DNA of 64,000 bases, from assembly GCA_002421665.1 (NCBI GenBank), contig DISH01000003.1, positions 39,291-103,290 on the forward strand. Direction: 5' to 3'. Shown piece by piece: positions 23,583 to 33,909 of this stretch. How positions within the stretch are numbered: the first letter of the stretch is position 1; every line of letters begins with the position of its first letter. Position numbers and translations under genes: made by a program. The stretch is from Candidatus Omnitrophica bacterium UBA6215 (GTDB lineage: Bacteria; Omnitrophota; Gorgyraeia; Pluralincolimonadales; Pluralincolimonadaceae). A model generated the notes under the pieces. That model searched no databases, was not told the DNA's origin, and saw only the letters and a list, made by a program, of their open reading frames with translations.

Positions 23583-24335
23583 TTATTCTTCGTGGTGCGG
23601 TAATACCAAAGCGAAGTACACCGTGCTCAACAGGCTGAATACGACGGCCTGCATTACGCTGCTCAAGATCGTGAGGAACATGTTAAAGAGGAATAACGGC
23701 ACTCCTCCCAAGCCGAATTGCGCGGTAACGGCCAGGAGCATATCTTCCGCCCATACGTTGCTGCGCAGACGAAGCGCCAGGCTCAACGGTTTTACGAGTT
23801 CGGATATTATATGTATAAAGAAGAGCAGGACGGGTATAAATACCGTAAAGGCTATTATCCCCCTCGGGTTGCCCATCAGGTGGTCGACATAGCCGAAGAA
23901 CCCGTTCTCTTTTACGGCGGTATACTGGACATATATGAATACGCAGACGGCAAGGGAAGCCGTGGTAGAGAGGCTTGACGTCGCGGATTTGAAGAAAGGT
24001 ATCAGCCCGGACAGGTTCATCAGCAGGATATATATAAAAAGCGTCCCGACGAAAGGCGTGAACCTCTTACCTTTCGGGCCGAGTATGCCGCAGACAAAAT
24101 CATCCAGCCCCTCGACGACTATTTCCATGAAAAGCTGCAGCCTTCCGGGGATCATCGAGCTCTTGCGAGAGGCAAAGTAGGCGACAAGCGAAAGGAATAC
24201 CACTATCACAAGAGAGAATATGATGTTCTCGTATAGCAGGATATAGTGCCCGAACGGGGTACCGTGGAGTTTTTCCGCTAGCAATCCCGCCAGGTTAGGC
24301 AATTCAGGTTGTGAACTATGCGCTTCCGTCATCAT
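23583..24335 (-). CDS. atpB: Fo ATP synthase subunit a.
   Basis: 5-6 TM protein with a conserved Arg in the penultimate helix ('LALRLRSN'). Confidence 0.85.
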   Translation of the reverse strand: MMTEAHSSQPELPNLAGLLAEKLHGTPFGHYILLYENIIFSLVIVVFLSLVAYFASRKSSMIPGRLQLFMEIVVEGLDDFVCGILGPKGKRFTPFVGTLFIYILLMNLSGLIPFFKSATSSLSTTASLAVCVFIYVQYTAVKENGFFGYVDHLMGNPRGIIAFTVFIPVLLFFIHIISELVKPLSLALRLRSNVWAEDMLLAVTAQFGLGGVPLFLFNMFLTILSSVMQAVVFSLLSTVYFALVLPHHEE

Positions 24336-24594
24336 GACCCTTGATTTTTTTTGACCCGTTTCCGGTCTTGTCTATGATCTTAAGGATCTTGATTATCTCT
24401 TTTATGCCGGTAAAAAAGCCTAATCCCATAAAAACAAGAGAAAGATAAGGAGCGAATCCGATCTTTTTCTCGAGATAATCGCCTAAGAAGTAACCCGCCA
24501 GTGGGCCCGCGGCCAGAACTACGGGGACAAAGGAGATAAGCCCCCAAATCTTAGTCAGCCTGTAGAATTCCGTCTTCTTATTTACGGTAGGCAT
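24316..24594 (-). CDS. Small membrane protein, AtpZ/AtpI-like (ATP synthase protein I family), first gene of the atp operon.
   Basis: 92 aa with 2 TM helices, overlapping the atpB start. This is the typical position of atpI/atpZ. Confidence 0.45.
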   Translation of the reverse strand: MPTVNKKTEFYRLTKIWGLISFVPVVLAAGPLAGYFLGDYLEKKIGFAPYLSLVFMGLGFFTGIKEIIKILKIIDKTGNGSKKIKGHDDGSA

Positions 24595-24634
24595 ATTATA
24601 TCAAACCTCCCGGTGTAATTCAAATAAAACAGGT

Positions 24635-25768
24635 TTACTTGACCGATTCCAGGATAAGCCTTTCGTTCGCTACGTCAAGCTTGATGTTGAAATTATTCAT
24701 GAAGGACATGCCCAAAAGCCCGTCTATTCCGGTCCCGGGAGGGTTGTCGCTTACAGCGGCAGGCACGTCATATACCGTTGAGTTCCCGATCCTCACGCTC
24801 TTTATGATTATTACCTTGCTTTTTATTACGCTCCCGTCCGCAAGCGTGAATTTTACGTCTTCTATCGTCTCGTTCGGATTTGTCTCGATCCTTTCCGCGA
24901 CCTCTTTTGATATAAGCACCGTAGAGGCCCCCGTATCTACGGCCAGGGTGCACGTTGTCCCGCCGTTCAATACGGCTTTTACCGTCATGCCATAAGCTGT
25001 CTTCGTAAGAGGCACTGTATCCCTGTTAAGCCCTTTCTCTATATCCGATATGGTTTTATCCGTTATCTTGGCATAGAGGGCCTCATCCTGGGTCAGGCCC
25101 CTTCCGCTCAATTCCTCAAGCTTCTTTTCGAAAAAGATGCGGAAGTCGCCTACGCCGTTGCCGTAATTCGTCACGGCTTTCCAGTAAGCGCGTTCGCGTT
25201 CAGGCAATTCTAAGTTGGTCGAGTCGATCTCATCTACAAGCGATTCGATCTCGGTATGCAGCATGTTCATTTGAGAGACATACTTGTTGTATCGTTTGAC
25301 GTCGCTTGCGGGGTCCATGTCCTTTATCTTCCTGTTCAACCCGTCGAAATCGGCCCGCAGGCTGCTGTATTTCTTGCGTTTCTCGCCGAAGGATTCCTTC
25401 ATTTTTTCGAGGGAAGTTTTTATGGAGTCCGTTTGCCTGCGTTCCTCGATCAATTTCCTTAATCGTTTTGACGTCTCCTCAAAAGCTTCGGGCACGAGAG
25501 CGCCCCTTTCTATCGCTTTTTTTCTGAAGCCGCTTTCCAGAGCGGCGTTCTCTTTTTCCGAGGCTCTTTCTACGGATTCCACCTGGGTCTTGGCTATCTT
25601 CATAGTGCCGGTCCCGATAAGGAGGGTTATAGATGAAGCATCCTCGTTCTTTATTATTCCCTTGAGGGCACCGCTATTCTTCAGTTTCACGGTATCGGGC
25701 ATCGCTGCCGCGGGATACAAAGCAGCAAGGCATAAGATCACGTGGATAAGGACAATCCTGGTATTCAT
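24635..25768 (-). CDS. Secreted coiled-coil protein with a C-terminal retropepsin-like (clan AA) aspartic protease domain.
   Basis: N-terminal signal peptide. About 200 aa of E/K-rich coiled coil follow. The C-terminal domain carries the 'LAVDTGAS' D-T-G-A active-site motif and a 'GIDGLLGMSF' flap-like region. Confidence 0.6.
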   Translation of the reverse strand: MNTRIVLIHVILCLAALYPAAAMPDTVKLKNSGALKGIIKNEDASSITLLIGTGTMKIAKTQVESVERASEKENAALESGFRKKAIERGALVPEAFEETSKRLRKLIEERRQTDSIKTSLEKMKESFGEKRKKYSSLRADFDGLNRKIKDMDPASDVKRYNKYVSQMNMLHTEIESLVDEIDSTNLELPERERAYWKAVTNYGNGVGDFRIFFEKKLEELSGRGLTQDEALYAKITDKTISDIEKGLNRDTVPLTKTAYGMTVKAVLNGGTTCTLAVDTGASTVLISKEVAERIETNPNETIEDVKFTLADGSVIKSKVIIIKSVRIGNSTVYDVPAAVSDNPPGTGIDGLLGMSFMNNFNIKLDVANERLILESVK

Positions 25769-25781
25769 ATAACCCTTTGGT

Positions 25782-27203
25782 TTAAAGCAGCGAATTCCCG
25801 ATCCAGTTGATAAAAGGCACGGGGAACAGGCCGATCACCAGTATTCCTATTAAAGCGATGATTATCGCCAGCTTTGCCGGGAACGGTTTAGGTTCCTTGA
25901 CGGAAGTGCGGGGATCGTTGAGATACATGAACTTGATCACCTTGACATAATAAAATACCGCCAGGACGCTGTTTATCACGCCCGCTATGGCAAGCATGTA
26001 ATATTTTGACTGGATCGCGGCTGCAAAAACCATGAATTTCCCGAAGAATCCGGCCAGGGGAGGTATGCCGGCCAGGGAAAGGAGGAAGACCGTAAGGCAA
26101 AAGGCCAGGGCCGGTTCGCGCCTGGAAAGCCCAGAATACTCCTCTATACAATCGCTTTTAATGGAATTAAACACGAGTATGACGCATCCGAAAGCGCCTA
26201 TGTTCATCAAGACGTAAGCGATTATATAGTACATTACGGCCTGTATGCCAAGCGATGTTCCGACCACGAACCCTATAAGGATGTAACCTGCTTGCGCTAT
26301 GGATGAGTAACCCAGCATGCGCTTTATATCTTCCTGGTTTATGGCAAGGATATTGCCGGCGGTCATCGTTATAATGGAGACGGCCTGCACTATATCCACC
26401 CAGTCGGGGAACATCGGGAAGAAGTTCTTCAGGAATATCCTGATAAGAATGGCGAACCCTATCGCCTTTGGCCCGGCCGACAGGAACGCGGTTATCGGGG
26501 TGGGCGCGCCCTGGTAGGTGTCGGGTACCCACATATGGAACGGTATAAGGGCGCATTTAAAGCTCAGTCCGGCGAATATAAGTATCAACGAGACCGAAGC
26601 TGCCAAGCCGTTCACGCCCGAAGAGAGAAGAGCAGATGATATGGCGGAGAGGTCCGTTGTCCCGAAAAGGCCGTATATGAATGATATGCCGTAAAGCATA
26701 ACTCCTGTTGACAGGGTCCCGAAAAGGAAATACTTGAGCGCGGCTTCGCTCGACGACCTGTTATGTTTCAAGAAGGCGGTCAGTATATAGGATATAAGCG
26801 ATATAGCTTCGAGGGAGATGTATATCATTATCAGGTTGTCCGATGCCGCCGCAAGCATCATCGCTACCGCCGCCGACATTAGAAGGAAATAATATTCCCC
26901 GGCGCTTTCGTCGTCCAGCGGCTTGTAGCCGATAGATATCAGGATGACCAGACCCATGACCAGCAGCGTTATCTCCTTGAAGAATTCGGAAAAACTGTCG
27001 TTTATGAGCATGTTTGAAAAGAGCGGTCCTGTTGCCTGGAAGCTGTGCGGCATATTGCATATGGACAGGATGATCGCCGCAAGGCATAAGGCGCCCAGGA
27101 CAGCTTTATTCCTGATGAAAAGGCCTGCTATCAGCACCGCGATGGCGGCGCCGGCCAGTATAAGTTCCGGGAGGAAATACCCGATACTAGCGGATACGCT
27201 CAA
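25782..27203 (-). CDS. nuoN: NADH-quinone oxidoreductase subunit N.
   Basis: 14-TM antiporter-like subunit, last gene of the nuo cluster. Its start overlaps the nuoM stop. Confidence 0.85.
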   Translation of the reverse strand: MSVSASIGYFLPELILAGAAIAVLIAGLFIRNKAVLGALCLAAIILSICNMPHSFQATGPLFSNMLINDSFSEFFKEITLLVMGLVILISIGYKPLDDESAGEYYFLLMSAAVAMMLAAASDNLIMIYISLEAISLISYILTAFLKHNRSSSEAALKYFLFGTLSTGVMLYGISFIYGLFGTTDLSAISSALLSSGVNGLAASVSLILIFAGLSFKCALIPFHMWVPDTYQGAPTPITAFLSAGPKAIGFAILIRIFLKNFFPMFPDWVDIVQAVSIITMTAGNILAINQEDIKRMLGYSSIAQAGYILIGFVVGTSLGIQAVMYYIIAYVLMNIGAFGCVILVFNSIKSDCIEEYSGLSRREPALAFCLTVFLLSLAGIPPLAGFFGKFMVFAAAIQSKYYMLAIAGVINSVLAVFYYVKVIKFMYLNDPRTSVKEPKPFPAKLAIIIALIGILVIGLFPVPFINWIGNSLL

Positions 27204-28684
27204 AGCAGCAGCCCTCCTATGTCCTGTATGAGCTTGGCGATAGCGGCCGACTGATAATTCAGTATCATCAACGGGTATACTCCTATCGCTATTACGACAG
27301 CCATCAGCGGTACCAGCGTGAAGAGTTCGCGTTTATTGATATCGGATATGCCCGTCCAGGCATTGTTCAGCGGGCCCAGAAGGACGCGCTGTATCATATA
27401 AAGGAAGTATCCGGCAGTTATAACTATACCCAGGACCGATATGGCGGTTATCAGCCTGAACGAGATGAAGCCTCCCATAAGGGACATGAATTCACTTACA
27501 AAGCCGCTTAATCCGGGAAGGCCGAGAGATGCGAGCGTGAATACCGTCAGGACCCCGGCATAGACCGGCATTTTGGCCCCCAGGCCGCCGAACTTATCGA
27601 TGTCCCTGGTGTGGGCGCGGTCATATAATACGCCTACGAGAAGGAACAGGCCTCCGGTTATGATCCCGTGGTTGAACATCTGCAGCAACGCCCCGTTAAA
27701 ACCGGTTATCGTCATGCTGGCAAGGCCGAGCATGACGAATCCCATATGGCTCACCGAAGAATATGCGACCATCTTCTTGAAGTCTGTCTGGGCCATCGCC
27801 ACGAAAGCCCCGTATACTATATTGATAAGCCCGAGGATGGCAAAAGGGAGGGCAAAATATATAGCGGCATCCTTGAGTATGGGATAACTTATCCTGAAGA
27901 ACCCGTATCCTCCCATTTTAAGGAGCACTCCGGCGAGCAATACGCTTATAGGAGTGGGAGCCTCGACATGAGCGTCAGGCAACCACGTGTGGAAGGGAAA
28001 GACAGGGACTTTTATGGCGAAACCAAGGTAGAACCCGGCAAATACGATTATCTGGAAACCTTTGGCAAAAACGCCGCAGTTGCCGGAGGCCAGCTCCAGC
28101 ATATTGAAAGTATGGGGCTGTGAAGCGAAGTAAAGCGCCAGTATGGAAAGCAACATGAAGACGGAACCGGCCAGCGTATATATGAAGAACTTAATGGCGG
28201 CATATTCTTTCCTTGGCCCGCCCCAGATCCCTATAAGGAAATACATCGGCACCAGGACCACCTCCCAAAAGACGTAGAAGAGGAACAAGTCGAGCGCCAG
28301 GAATGTCCCGAGCATTCCGGTATTGAGGAGAAGGTACAGGAAATAGTATTCCTTCTGACGCTCCTTAATGCCATATGAGCCCACGCAGGCCAGAAAGCCG
28401 AGAAGCGCGGTAAGAAATATCAGCCCTATGCTTATCCCGTCCACACCCAGATGGTAATTTATGTTTACCTGCGGGATCCAGGACAGATTCTCGGAAAACT
28501 GCATCGCGCTGCTGTTATAATCAAAACCCGTAAGCATGAGTATCGACAGCACCAGGACAATGCCGGTAGCGGCCGTGGCGATACCTTTTATCAGCCCTGT
28601 CCTGTTTTTAGGGACCAGCAGGATGATGATCCCCGCGAGCAGCGGCATGAACGTTATTGCGGTCAACAATGGGAAAGGCATCAA
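27200..28684 (-). CDS. nuoM: NADH-quinone oxidoreductase subunit M.
   Basis: Mrp-antiporter-like fold. The conserved 'HTWLPDAH' motif is present. Confidence 0.85.
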   Translation of the reverse strand: MMPFPLLTAITFMPLLAGIIILLVPKNRTGLIKGIATAATGIVLVLSILMLTGFDYNSSAMQFSENLSWIPQVNINYHLGVDGISIGLIFLTALLGFLACVGSYGIKERQKEYYFLYLLLNTGMLGTFLALDLFLFYVFWEVVLVPMYFLIGIWGGPRKEYAAIKFFIYTLAGSVFMLLSILALYFASQPHTFNMLELASGNCGVFAKGFQIIVFAGFYLGFAIKVPVFPFHTWLPDAHVEAPTPISVLLAGVLLKMGGYGFFRISYPILKDAAIYFALPFAILGLINIVYGAFVAMAQTDFKKMVAYSSVSHMGFVMLGLASMTITGFNGALLQMFNHGIITGGLFLLVGVLYDRAHTRDIDKFGGLGAKMPVYAGVLTVFTLASLGLPGLSGFVSEFMSLMGGFISFRLITAISVLGIVITAGYFLYMIQRVLLGPLNNAWTGISDINKRELFTLVPLMAVVIAIGVYPLMILNYQSAAIAKLIQDIGGLLL

Positions 28685-30540
28685 TAACCTCCTATCAATT
28701 TGATTAATATCATTATCGCAAGGCCCAGGAAAGCTATCAGGATGTAATTCTGTATGAACCCGGTCTGCAGCCTGCGAAATACGGCCGAACAGAGCCAGGT
28801 GATATTAGCGACCATGTTCACGGCGCCGTCAACTATGTATTTGTCGAACCACGATTGTATCCTGCCGGCTATCATGGACAGGTATGCCGTCAGGTTCACC
28901 GCCCCGTCGACAAAGCGCAGGTCGAATGAGGCGGCAAATTTTGCAAGGCTCATGCACGGTCTGATCAGGGCCGCTTCATATATCTCGTCTATGTAGTATT
29001 TATTCAGTATTATCTTGTAAAGGAACGAGAACTTCGAGCGCACGGACGCGGGAAGCACCTTGTTCCCTAATATATAGAATACGTACGCCGTCCCTATTCC
29101 TCCGATCACTATGAACATCGATACCCCGAGCATGAAGTATTCCACTTTTACCGGTTTGAAGAATCCCGCGAAAACAGAAAAGACCGCCAGCACCGCAAGC
29201 GGGATAGTCATGACCGCGGGCGATTCATGCGCATGGAGCTCTGAGCGGGGTTTCCCGAAAAGGACGACGAATATAAGGCGGAACATATAAAAGGCCGTCA
29301 ATAAGCTTGTTATCACGGCTATGGCAAACAGGAACGGATGGCCTTCCCTGAGTATCTCGGAGAGCATCTCATCCTTTGACCAGAAACCGGAAAGGGGAGG
29401 TACCCCGGCTATAGCGAGGCTGCCTATTATGAAGGTCCAGCCGGTCACTTTCATCTTTCCCAGCAGGCCTCCCATCTTGAAAATATCCTGTGTATGCACG
29501 GCATGTATGACGCTGCCGGCGCAAAGGAAGAGGAGGGCCTTGAAGAACGCGTGGGTCATGAGATGGAAAGTCCCCCCCTCGTATCCGCCGACACCTAGGG
29601 CCAGCATCATGAGCCCGAGCTGGCTGATCGTGGAATACGCCAAAATGCGTTTTATGTCATTATTTACGGTGGCTATTGTGGCTGCCATCAAAGCGGTGAT
29701 CGCGCCTATATACGCAACCCATATCAACGCGCCATGGTGGGCTATGAAAAGCCCGTATGTCCTGGCGACCAGGTACACACCCGCGGCAACCATCGTAGCG
29801 GCATGTATCAAGGCCGATACAGGTGTGGGGCCCTCCATGGCATCTGGAAGCCATACGTGCAGCGGGAATTGGGCCGATTTTCCGACTGCGCCGCAGAATA
29901 TCAGCAGGGCTATTACGGTCAAGAGGGCGTCGTTTATCCCAAGGTGCCCGAGATCGCGGAAATACAAGGTCTTCGCGCTGAAGAACAACAGAAGTATCCC
30001 GATGAGCAGGCCGGTATCGCCTATCCTTGTGGTTATGAAGGCTTTCATGCCCGCTTTTGCCGCCGCCGGCCGTTCGAACCAGAACGAGATGAGCAGGTAT
30101 GAACAGAGCCCTACGCCTTCCCAGAATATGTAAAGCATTACGAAATTGTCCGACAGCAACAGGCCGAGCATGGAACCCATGAACAGCGAAAGGTAAGCGA
30201 AGAAGCGGGAGAAACGTTTGTCGTCGTGCATATATCCTACGGAATACACCTGGATCAAGGTCCCGACTATGGTCACTACCATTAGCATCATGCACGAAAG
30301 TCCGTCCACGGTTACGCCGAAATCGAGCGGAATGCCCCCGAACGAAAGCCACCTGCCCACGGCGTACGAACCTCCGCCCTTGAGGAAGCCGGCGTAGGTA
30401 ACAGCCGCTATCGCAAGGGAGATCGTCGAGGCCGTTATCGATATTACGGCGCTTGCCTTTTTCAGCCTTCTGCCGAAAAGGATGTTTATCGCGAACGCGA
30501 TGAACGGGAATAGGGGAATAAGATGAGCGTATTTTACCAT
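28681..30540 (-). CDS. nuoL: NADH-quinone oxidoreductase subunit L.
   Basis: 619 aa with 'HVWLPDAMEGPTPVSALIHAATMV' and a long C-terminal amphipathic extension. Confidence 0.9.
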   Translation of the reverse strand: MVKYAHLIPLFPFIAFAINILFGRRLKKASAVISITASTISLAIAAVTYAGFLKGGGSYAVGRWLSFGGIPLDFGVTVDGLSCMMLMVVTIVGTLIQVYSVGYMHDDKRFSRFFAYLSLFMGSMLGLLLSDNFVMLYIFWEGVGLCSYLLISFWFERPAAAKAGMKAFITTRIGDTGLLIGILLLFFSAKTLYFRDLGHLGINDALLTVIALLIFCGAVGKSAQFPLHVWLPDAMEGPTPVSALIHAATMVAAGVYLVARTYGLFIAHHGALIWVAYIGAITALMAATIATVNNDIKRILAYSTISQLGLMMLALGVGGYEGGTFHLMTHAFFKALLFLCAGSVIHAVHTQDIFKMGGLLGKMKVTGWTFIIGSLAIAGVPPLSGFWSKDEMLSEILREGHPFLFAIAVITSLLTAFYMFRLIFVVLFGKPRSELHAHESPAVMTIPLAVLAVFSVFAGFFKPVKVEYFMLGVSMFIVIGGIGTAYVFYILGNKVLPASVRSKFSFLYKIILNKYYIDEIYEAALIRPCMSLAKFAASFDLRFVDGAVNLTAYLSMIAGRIQSWFDKYIVDGAVNMVANITWLCSAVFRRLQTGFIQNYILIAFLGLAIMILIKLIGGY

Positions 30541-30845
30541 TTCATCAAGTTTATCTTGTCCGTAAATATCGTTTTCATGTTCCTGTATACCGCGATGACG
30601 AGTACAAGCCCTACTACGGCGGAGGCAGCTGCTATTGCGATCACGAACAACGCGAAGATCTGGCCGAGGCCGTCAGGGCTGCCCAGGAACCTGTTGAAGG
30701 TTATCAGGTTAATATTGGCCGCATTGAGGACCAACTCTATCGACATAAGTATGCCTATGGCTGTCCTGCGCGTCAGCGCGCCGTAAAGTCCCAATGCGAA
30801 AAGCACCGCGCCCAATATGAGGAAATGGCTTTGGGGTATCATCAT
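30534..30845 (-). CDS. nuoK: NADH-quinone oxidoreductase subunit K.
   Basis: 103 aa, 3 TM, conserved Glu residues. Position between nuoJ and nuoL. Confidence 0.85.
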   Translation of the reverse strand: MMIPQSHFLILGAVLFALGLYGALTRRTAIGILMSIELVLNAANINLITFNRFLGSPDGLGQIFALFVIAIAAASAVVGLVLVIAVYRNMKTIFTDKINLMKW

Positions 30846-31396
30846 TTACCGGCCTTTCCTATGACTATGGCCCCTACGAGGGCCGCAAGCAATATAAGCG
30901 ATATAGCTTCGAACGGAAGGGCGTATACCGACATCAACGCTTTGCCGAGCTCTCCGATGCCCAGGCGCAACGTATCGTCTGCCGCGGCTTTTTTCCAGGG
31001 AGACCCGATTATTATGGATACGAATAGCGAAAGGATAGCCGCTGATACGGCCAGGGAGGCCAAGACCTGTTTATTGGTCTGCCTTATGGAGCGGTCACCG
31101 ATCTTTGCGGTCAGCATTATGGCGAAAAGGAACAGGGTAACTATTGCCCCTACATATATAAGTACCTGTACAGCGGCCAGGAATTCGGCGTTCAGGAACA
31201 GGTATATGCCGGCGATGCAAAAAAGCGTCATGGCCAGGGAGATTGCGCAATGGAATATGTTTCGCAGCGTTACCACGCCAAGGCCGAAGATGCACGCCAG
31301 GACTGCGAGCGAATAAAAACACGCCCGGATCGCGAACTCCTGGCGGAGCCCGTAATTATTCAGTATATCACTTAACGTCTGGATTAGCCCATTCAT
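30842..31396 (-). CDS. nuoJ: NADH-quinone oxidoreductase subunit J.
   Basis: 184 aa, 5 TM. Position between nuoI and nuoK. Confidence 0.8.
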   Translation of the reverse strand: MNGLIQTLSDILNNYGLRQEFAIRACFYSLAVLACIFGLGVVTLRNIFHCAISLAMTLFCIAGIYLFLNAEFLAAVQVLIYVGAIVTLFLFAIMLTAKIGDRSIRQTNKQVLASLAVSAAILSLFVSIIIGSPWKKAAADDTLRLGIGELGKALMSVYALPFEAISLILLAALVGAIVIGKAGK

Positions 31397-31814
31397 CGTA
31401 TTTATCCTTGTCGAGCAGGTCTATATGCAGCTTCCCGTGTTCGTATACGGCTATCTCGTATATTTTGTTCATGTAAATGGCTTGCGTGGGACAAACCTGT
31501 TCGCACAGGCCGCAGAAACAGCAAAGTTCCATATTGTATTTAAAATGCCCGAACTCCTTTTTCTTATCCGCGCCTTCGCCGGCCTTTACCGAAAGGTCCA
31601 GGCAGGCGGTCGGGCATATCTTTACGCACTGCCCGCATTTTATGCATTTCTCGGGATAGAGGTCTACCAGGCCCCTGTACCTTTGCGTCATCTCCAATTT
31701 CTGCGTCGGGTATTGTAGCGTTACCGGTTTGACAAAGACGTTCTTCAGCGTCACGAACAGCCCTTTAGCCAGGTTCCATATGCCCGATATTATGCAGGTA
31801 AAGTATTTTATCAT
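31368..31814 (-). CDS. nuoI: NADH-quinone oxidoreductase subunit I (2x[4Fe-4S] ferredoxin-like).
   Basis: Two CxxCxxCxxxCP motifs ('CIKCGQCVKICP', 'CCFCGLCEQVCP'). The start is chosen at 'MIKYF', which gives an ATGA overlap with the nuoH stop. The longer listed ORF extension overlaps nuoH and is probably not translated. Confidence 0.8.
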   Translation of the reverse strand: MIKYFTCIISGIWNLAKGLFVTLKNVFVKPVTLQYPTQKLEMTQRYRGLVDLYPEKCIKCGQCVKICPTACLDLSVKAGEGADKKKEFGHFKYNMELCCFCGLCEQVCPTQAIYMNKIYEIAVYEHGKLHIDLLDKDKYDEWANPDVK

Positions 31815-32788
31815 TTCATCAATATCCATCCCGCGACGATAAGGTTCGCGAACGAGACCGGGGTCAGCACTTTCCAGGCGAAACCCATCAGCTGGTCTAC
31901 CCGCACCCTCGGCAGGGTCCATCTTATCCACATCATGAAGGTCACCAGGCCGTAGGTTTTTATGAGGAACCAGATGACCGGCGGCAGGAACGGCCCGCTC
32001 CATCCGCCGAGGAAAAGGGTGGCTGCCAGCGCCGATATCACGAACATGTTCGTGTATTCCCCGAGGAAGAACATGGCAAATTTCATTCCCGAGTATTCGG
32101 TATGGAAACCCGCGACCAGCTCGGACTCCGCTTCCGGTATGTCAAAAGGCGTCCTGTTGACTTCTGCGGTCCCGGCTATGATGAATATCGCGAATGCTAT
32201 GGCCATATTGGGCTGGAAGACGAACCAGAGCCCTTTTTGCGCCTCTACTATCTTTTGCATGGAGAGCGAGCCGGCGAACATGACAGCCGTTACCATTGCC
32301 AGGACGAGGGGGATCTCATAGCTTACGATCTGCGCGGCAGACCTCATACCTCCAAGCAGCGAATATTTGTTATTGGAGCCCCATCCGGCCATGAATATGC
32401 CGAGCACGCATATGGATGTAAGGGCCATAATATAAAGGATACCGATATTCAGGTCGCGTGCAATGAGCTCGATGCCGAATATATTCCCGAAAGGTATGCA
32501 GACGAAGACCATCACGACCGGGACTACCGCGAAGAACGGCGCCAGCCACCAGGAGAGCCTGTCTACCCCTGAAGGAGTTATGTTCTCCTTAAGGAGGAGT
32601 TTTATGACATCGGCCACGGACTGCAGCGCACCGTGCCAGCCGACCCTCATCGGTCCGTAGCGCGTCTGTATGTGCGCCGACACCTTGCGTTCCCACCATA
32701 TGAGGAACATCGCCGATACCGCGATGAAGCCCAGCACGACCGCCCCGACTATCAGCATTATTATGAGCGTAAGGACGGGGATGATCAT
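31811..32788 (-). CDS. nuoH: NADH-quinone oxidoreductase subunit H.
   Basis: 325 aa, 8 TM, with the conserved 'RYGPMRVGW'-type N-region. Confidence 0.9.
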   Translation of the reverse strand: MIIPVLTLIIMLIVGAVVLGFIAVSAMFLIWWERKVSAHIQTRYGPMRVGWHGALQSVADVIKLLLKENITPSGVDRLSWWLAPFFAVVPVVMVFVCIPFGNIFGIELIARDLNIGILYIMALTSICVLGIFMAGWGSNNKYSLLGGMRSAAQIVSYEIPLVLAMVTAVMFAGSLSMQKIVEAQKGLWFVFQPNMAIAFAIFIIAGTAEVNRTPFDIPEAESELVAGFHTEYSGMKFAMFFLGEYTNMFVISALAATLFLGGWSGPFLPPVIWFLIKTYGLVTFMMWIRWTLPRVRVDQLMGFAWKVLTPVSFANLIVAGWILMK

Positions 32789-33909
32789 CTGTCGATCTCT
32801 CCCATGACCACATCAAGGCTTCCGAGCACGCAAACGGCATCTGCTATCTTTAGGCCCCTGATCAGATCGGGTAATACGGCTATGTTAGAGAAGGAGGGGG
32901 AGCGTATCTTCATCCTGAAGGGTATCGGGGATCCGTCGCTTACAATGTAGAAGCCGAGCTCGCCTCGCGGATTCTCGCTCCTCATATAGGTTTCTCCGGG
33001 TTCGGGCCTGAATATGCGTCCGGCCTTGACCGTCGGATCCCCTTCGGGCAGGCCCAGGACCGCCTGTTCGGCGATACGCAAGCTCTGGCGCATCTCATCC
33101 ATCCTCACCTTGTACCTGTCCCAGGCATCGCCGTTGTTGCCTACGGGTATATCGAACGTGAACTTGTCGTAACAGAGGTAGGGTTCATCTTTCCGGAGGT
33201 CCCATTTTACGCCTGAGGCGCGCAGGTTAGGTCCCGTGACCCCGTAATTTACGGCTTTTGATGCAGTAAGGACGCCTACGCCTCTTGTCCTCGCGGTGAA
33301 TATCGGGTTTGAATTGAAAAGGGCTTCGAGGTCGTCGAATTTCGGACGCAGGTATTTTATTATCCCTTTTATCTTTCCGTCCGCGCCGTTAGGCAGGTCT
33401 CGCGATACACCGCCTACCCTCATATAGTTATAGGTCAGCCTTTGCCCGCAGACATCATCGAAAAGCTCAACGATCTTTTCGCGTTCGCGCATACCGTAGA
33501 ATAAAGGGGTCGCGAAAGCCCCAAGGTCTTGCACGAAAGTCGTTATGCCGAAGAGATGGCTGGCTATCCTGCCCAACTCAGCCATTATGACCCTTATATA
33601 TTTAGCCCTGTCGCTTACTTCTATGCCCATGAGTTTTTCAACGGCCAGGACATAGGCAAGGTTATTATTCATAGATGCCAGGTAATCGAGCCTGTCTGTG
33701 AAAGGTATGAACTGGGTATATGTGCGGTTCTCGGCTATCTTCTCCATGCTGCGGTGAAGGTATCCGATATGGACGATGCCGTCAACGACGGTCTCGCCGC
33801 TCAGCTTAAGCTCGAGCCGGAGCACGCCGTGGGTAGAAGGATGCTGCGGGCCCATGTTGACCCAGAACTCCTCCGTGCCTATGTCTTCCTTAAGGGATGT
33901 ATCGTCCAT
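32785..33909 (-). CDS. nuoD: NADH-quinone oxidoreductase subunit D (49 kDa).
   Basis: 'MGPQHPSTHGVLRL' and the C-terminal 'LGSLDVVMGEIDR' are present. Confidence 0.9.
   Translation of the reverse strand: MDDTSLKEDIGTEEFWVNMGPQHPSTHGVLRLELKLSGETVVDGIVHIGYLHRSMEKIAENRTYTQFIPFTDRLDYLASMNNNLAYVLAVEKLMGIEVSDRAKYIRVIMAELGRIASHLFGITTFVQDLGAFATPLFYGMREREKIVELFDDVCGQRLTYNYMRVGGVSRDLPNGADGKIKGIIKYLRPKFDDLEALFNSNPIFTARTRGVGVLTASKAVNYGVTGPNLRASGVKWDLRKDEPYLCYDKFTFDIPVGNNGDAWDRYKVRMDEMRQSLRIAEQAVLGLPEGDPTVKAGRIFRPEPGETYMRSENPRGELGFYIVSDGSPIPFRMKIRSPSFSNIAVLPDLIRGLKIADAVCVLGSLDVVMGEIDR

Noticed and set aside
29321-30133. 270-aa plus-strand ORF and a 230-aa minus ORF inside nuoL.
   Set aside because: They overlap the nuoL coding frame, which has clear conserved motifs. 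These are spurious alternative frames.
31815-32003. N-terminal 63-aa extension of the listed nuoI ORF.
   Set aside because: The extension overlaps the 3' end of nuoH in another frame. The conserved NuoI N-terminus begins at 'MIKYF', which forms an ATGA overlap with the nuoH stop.
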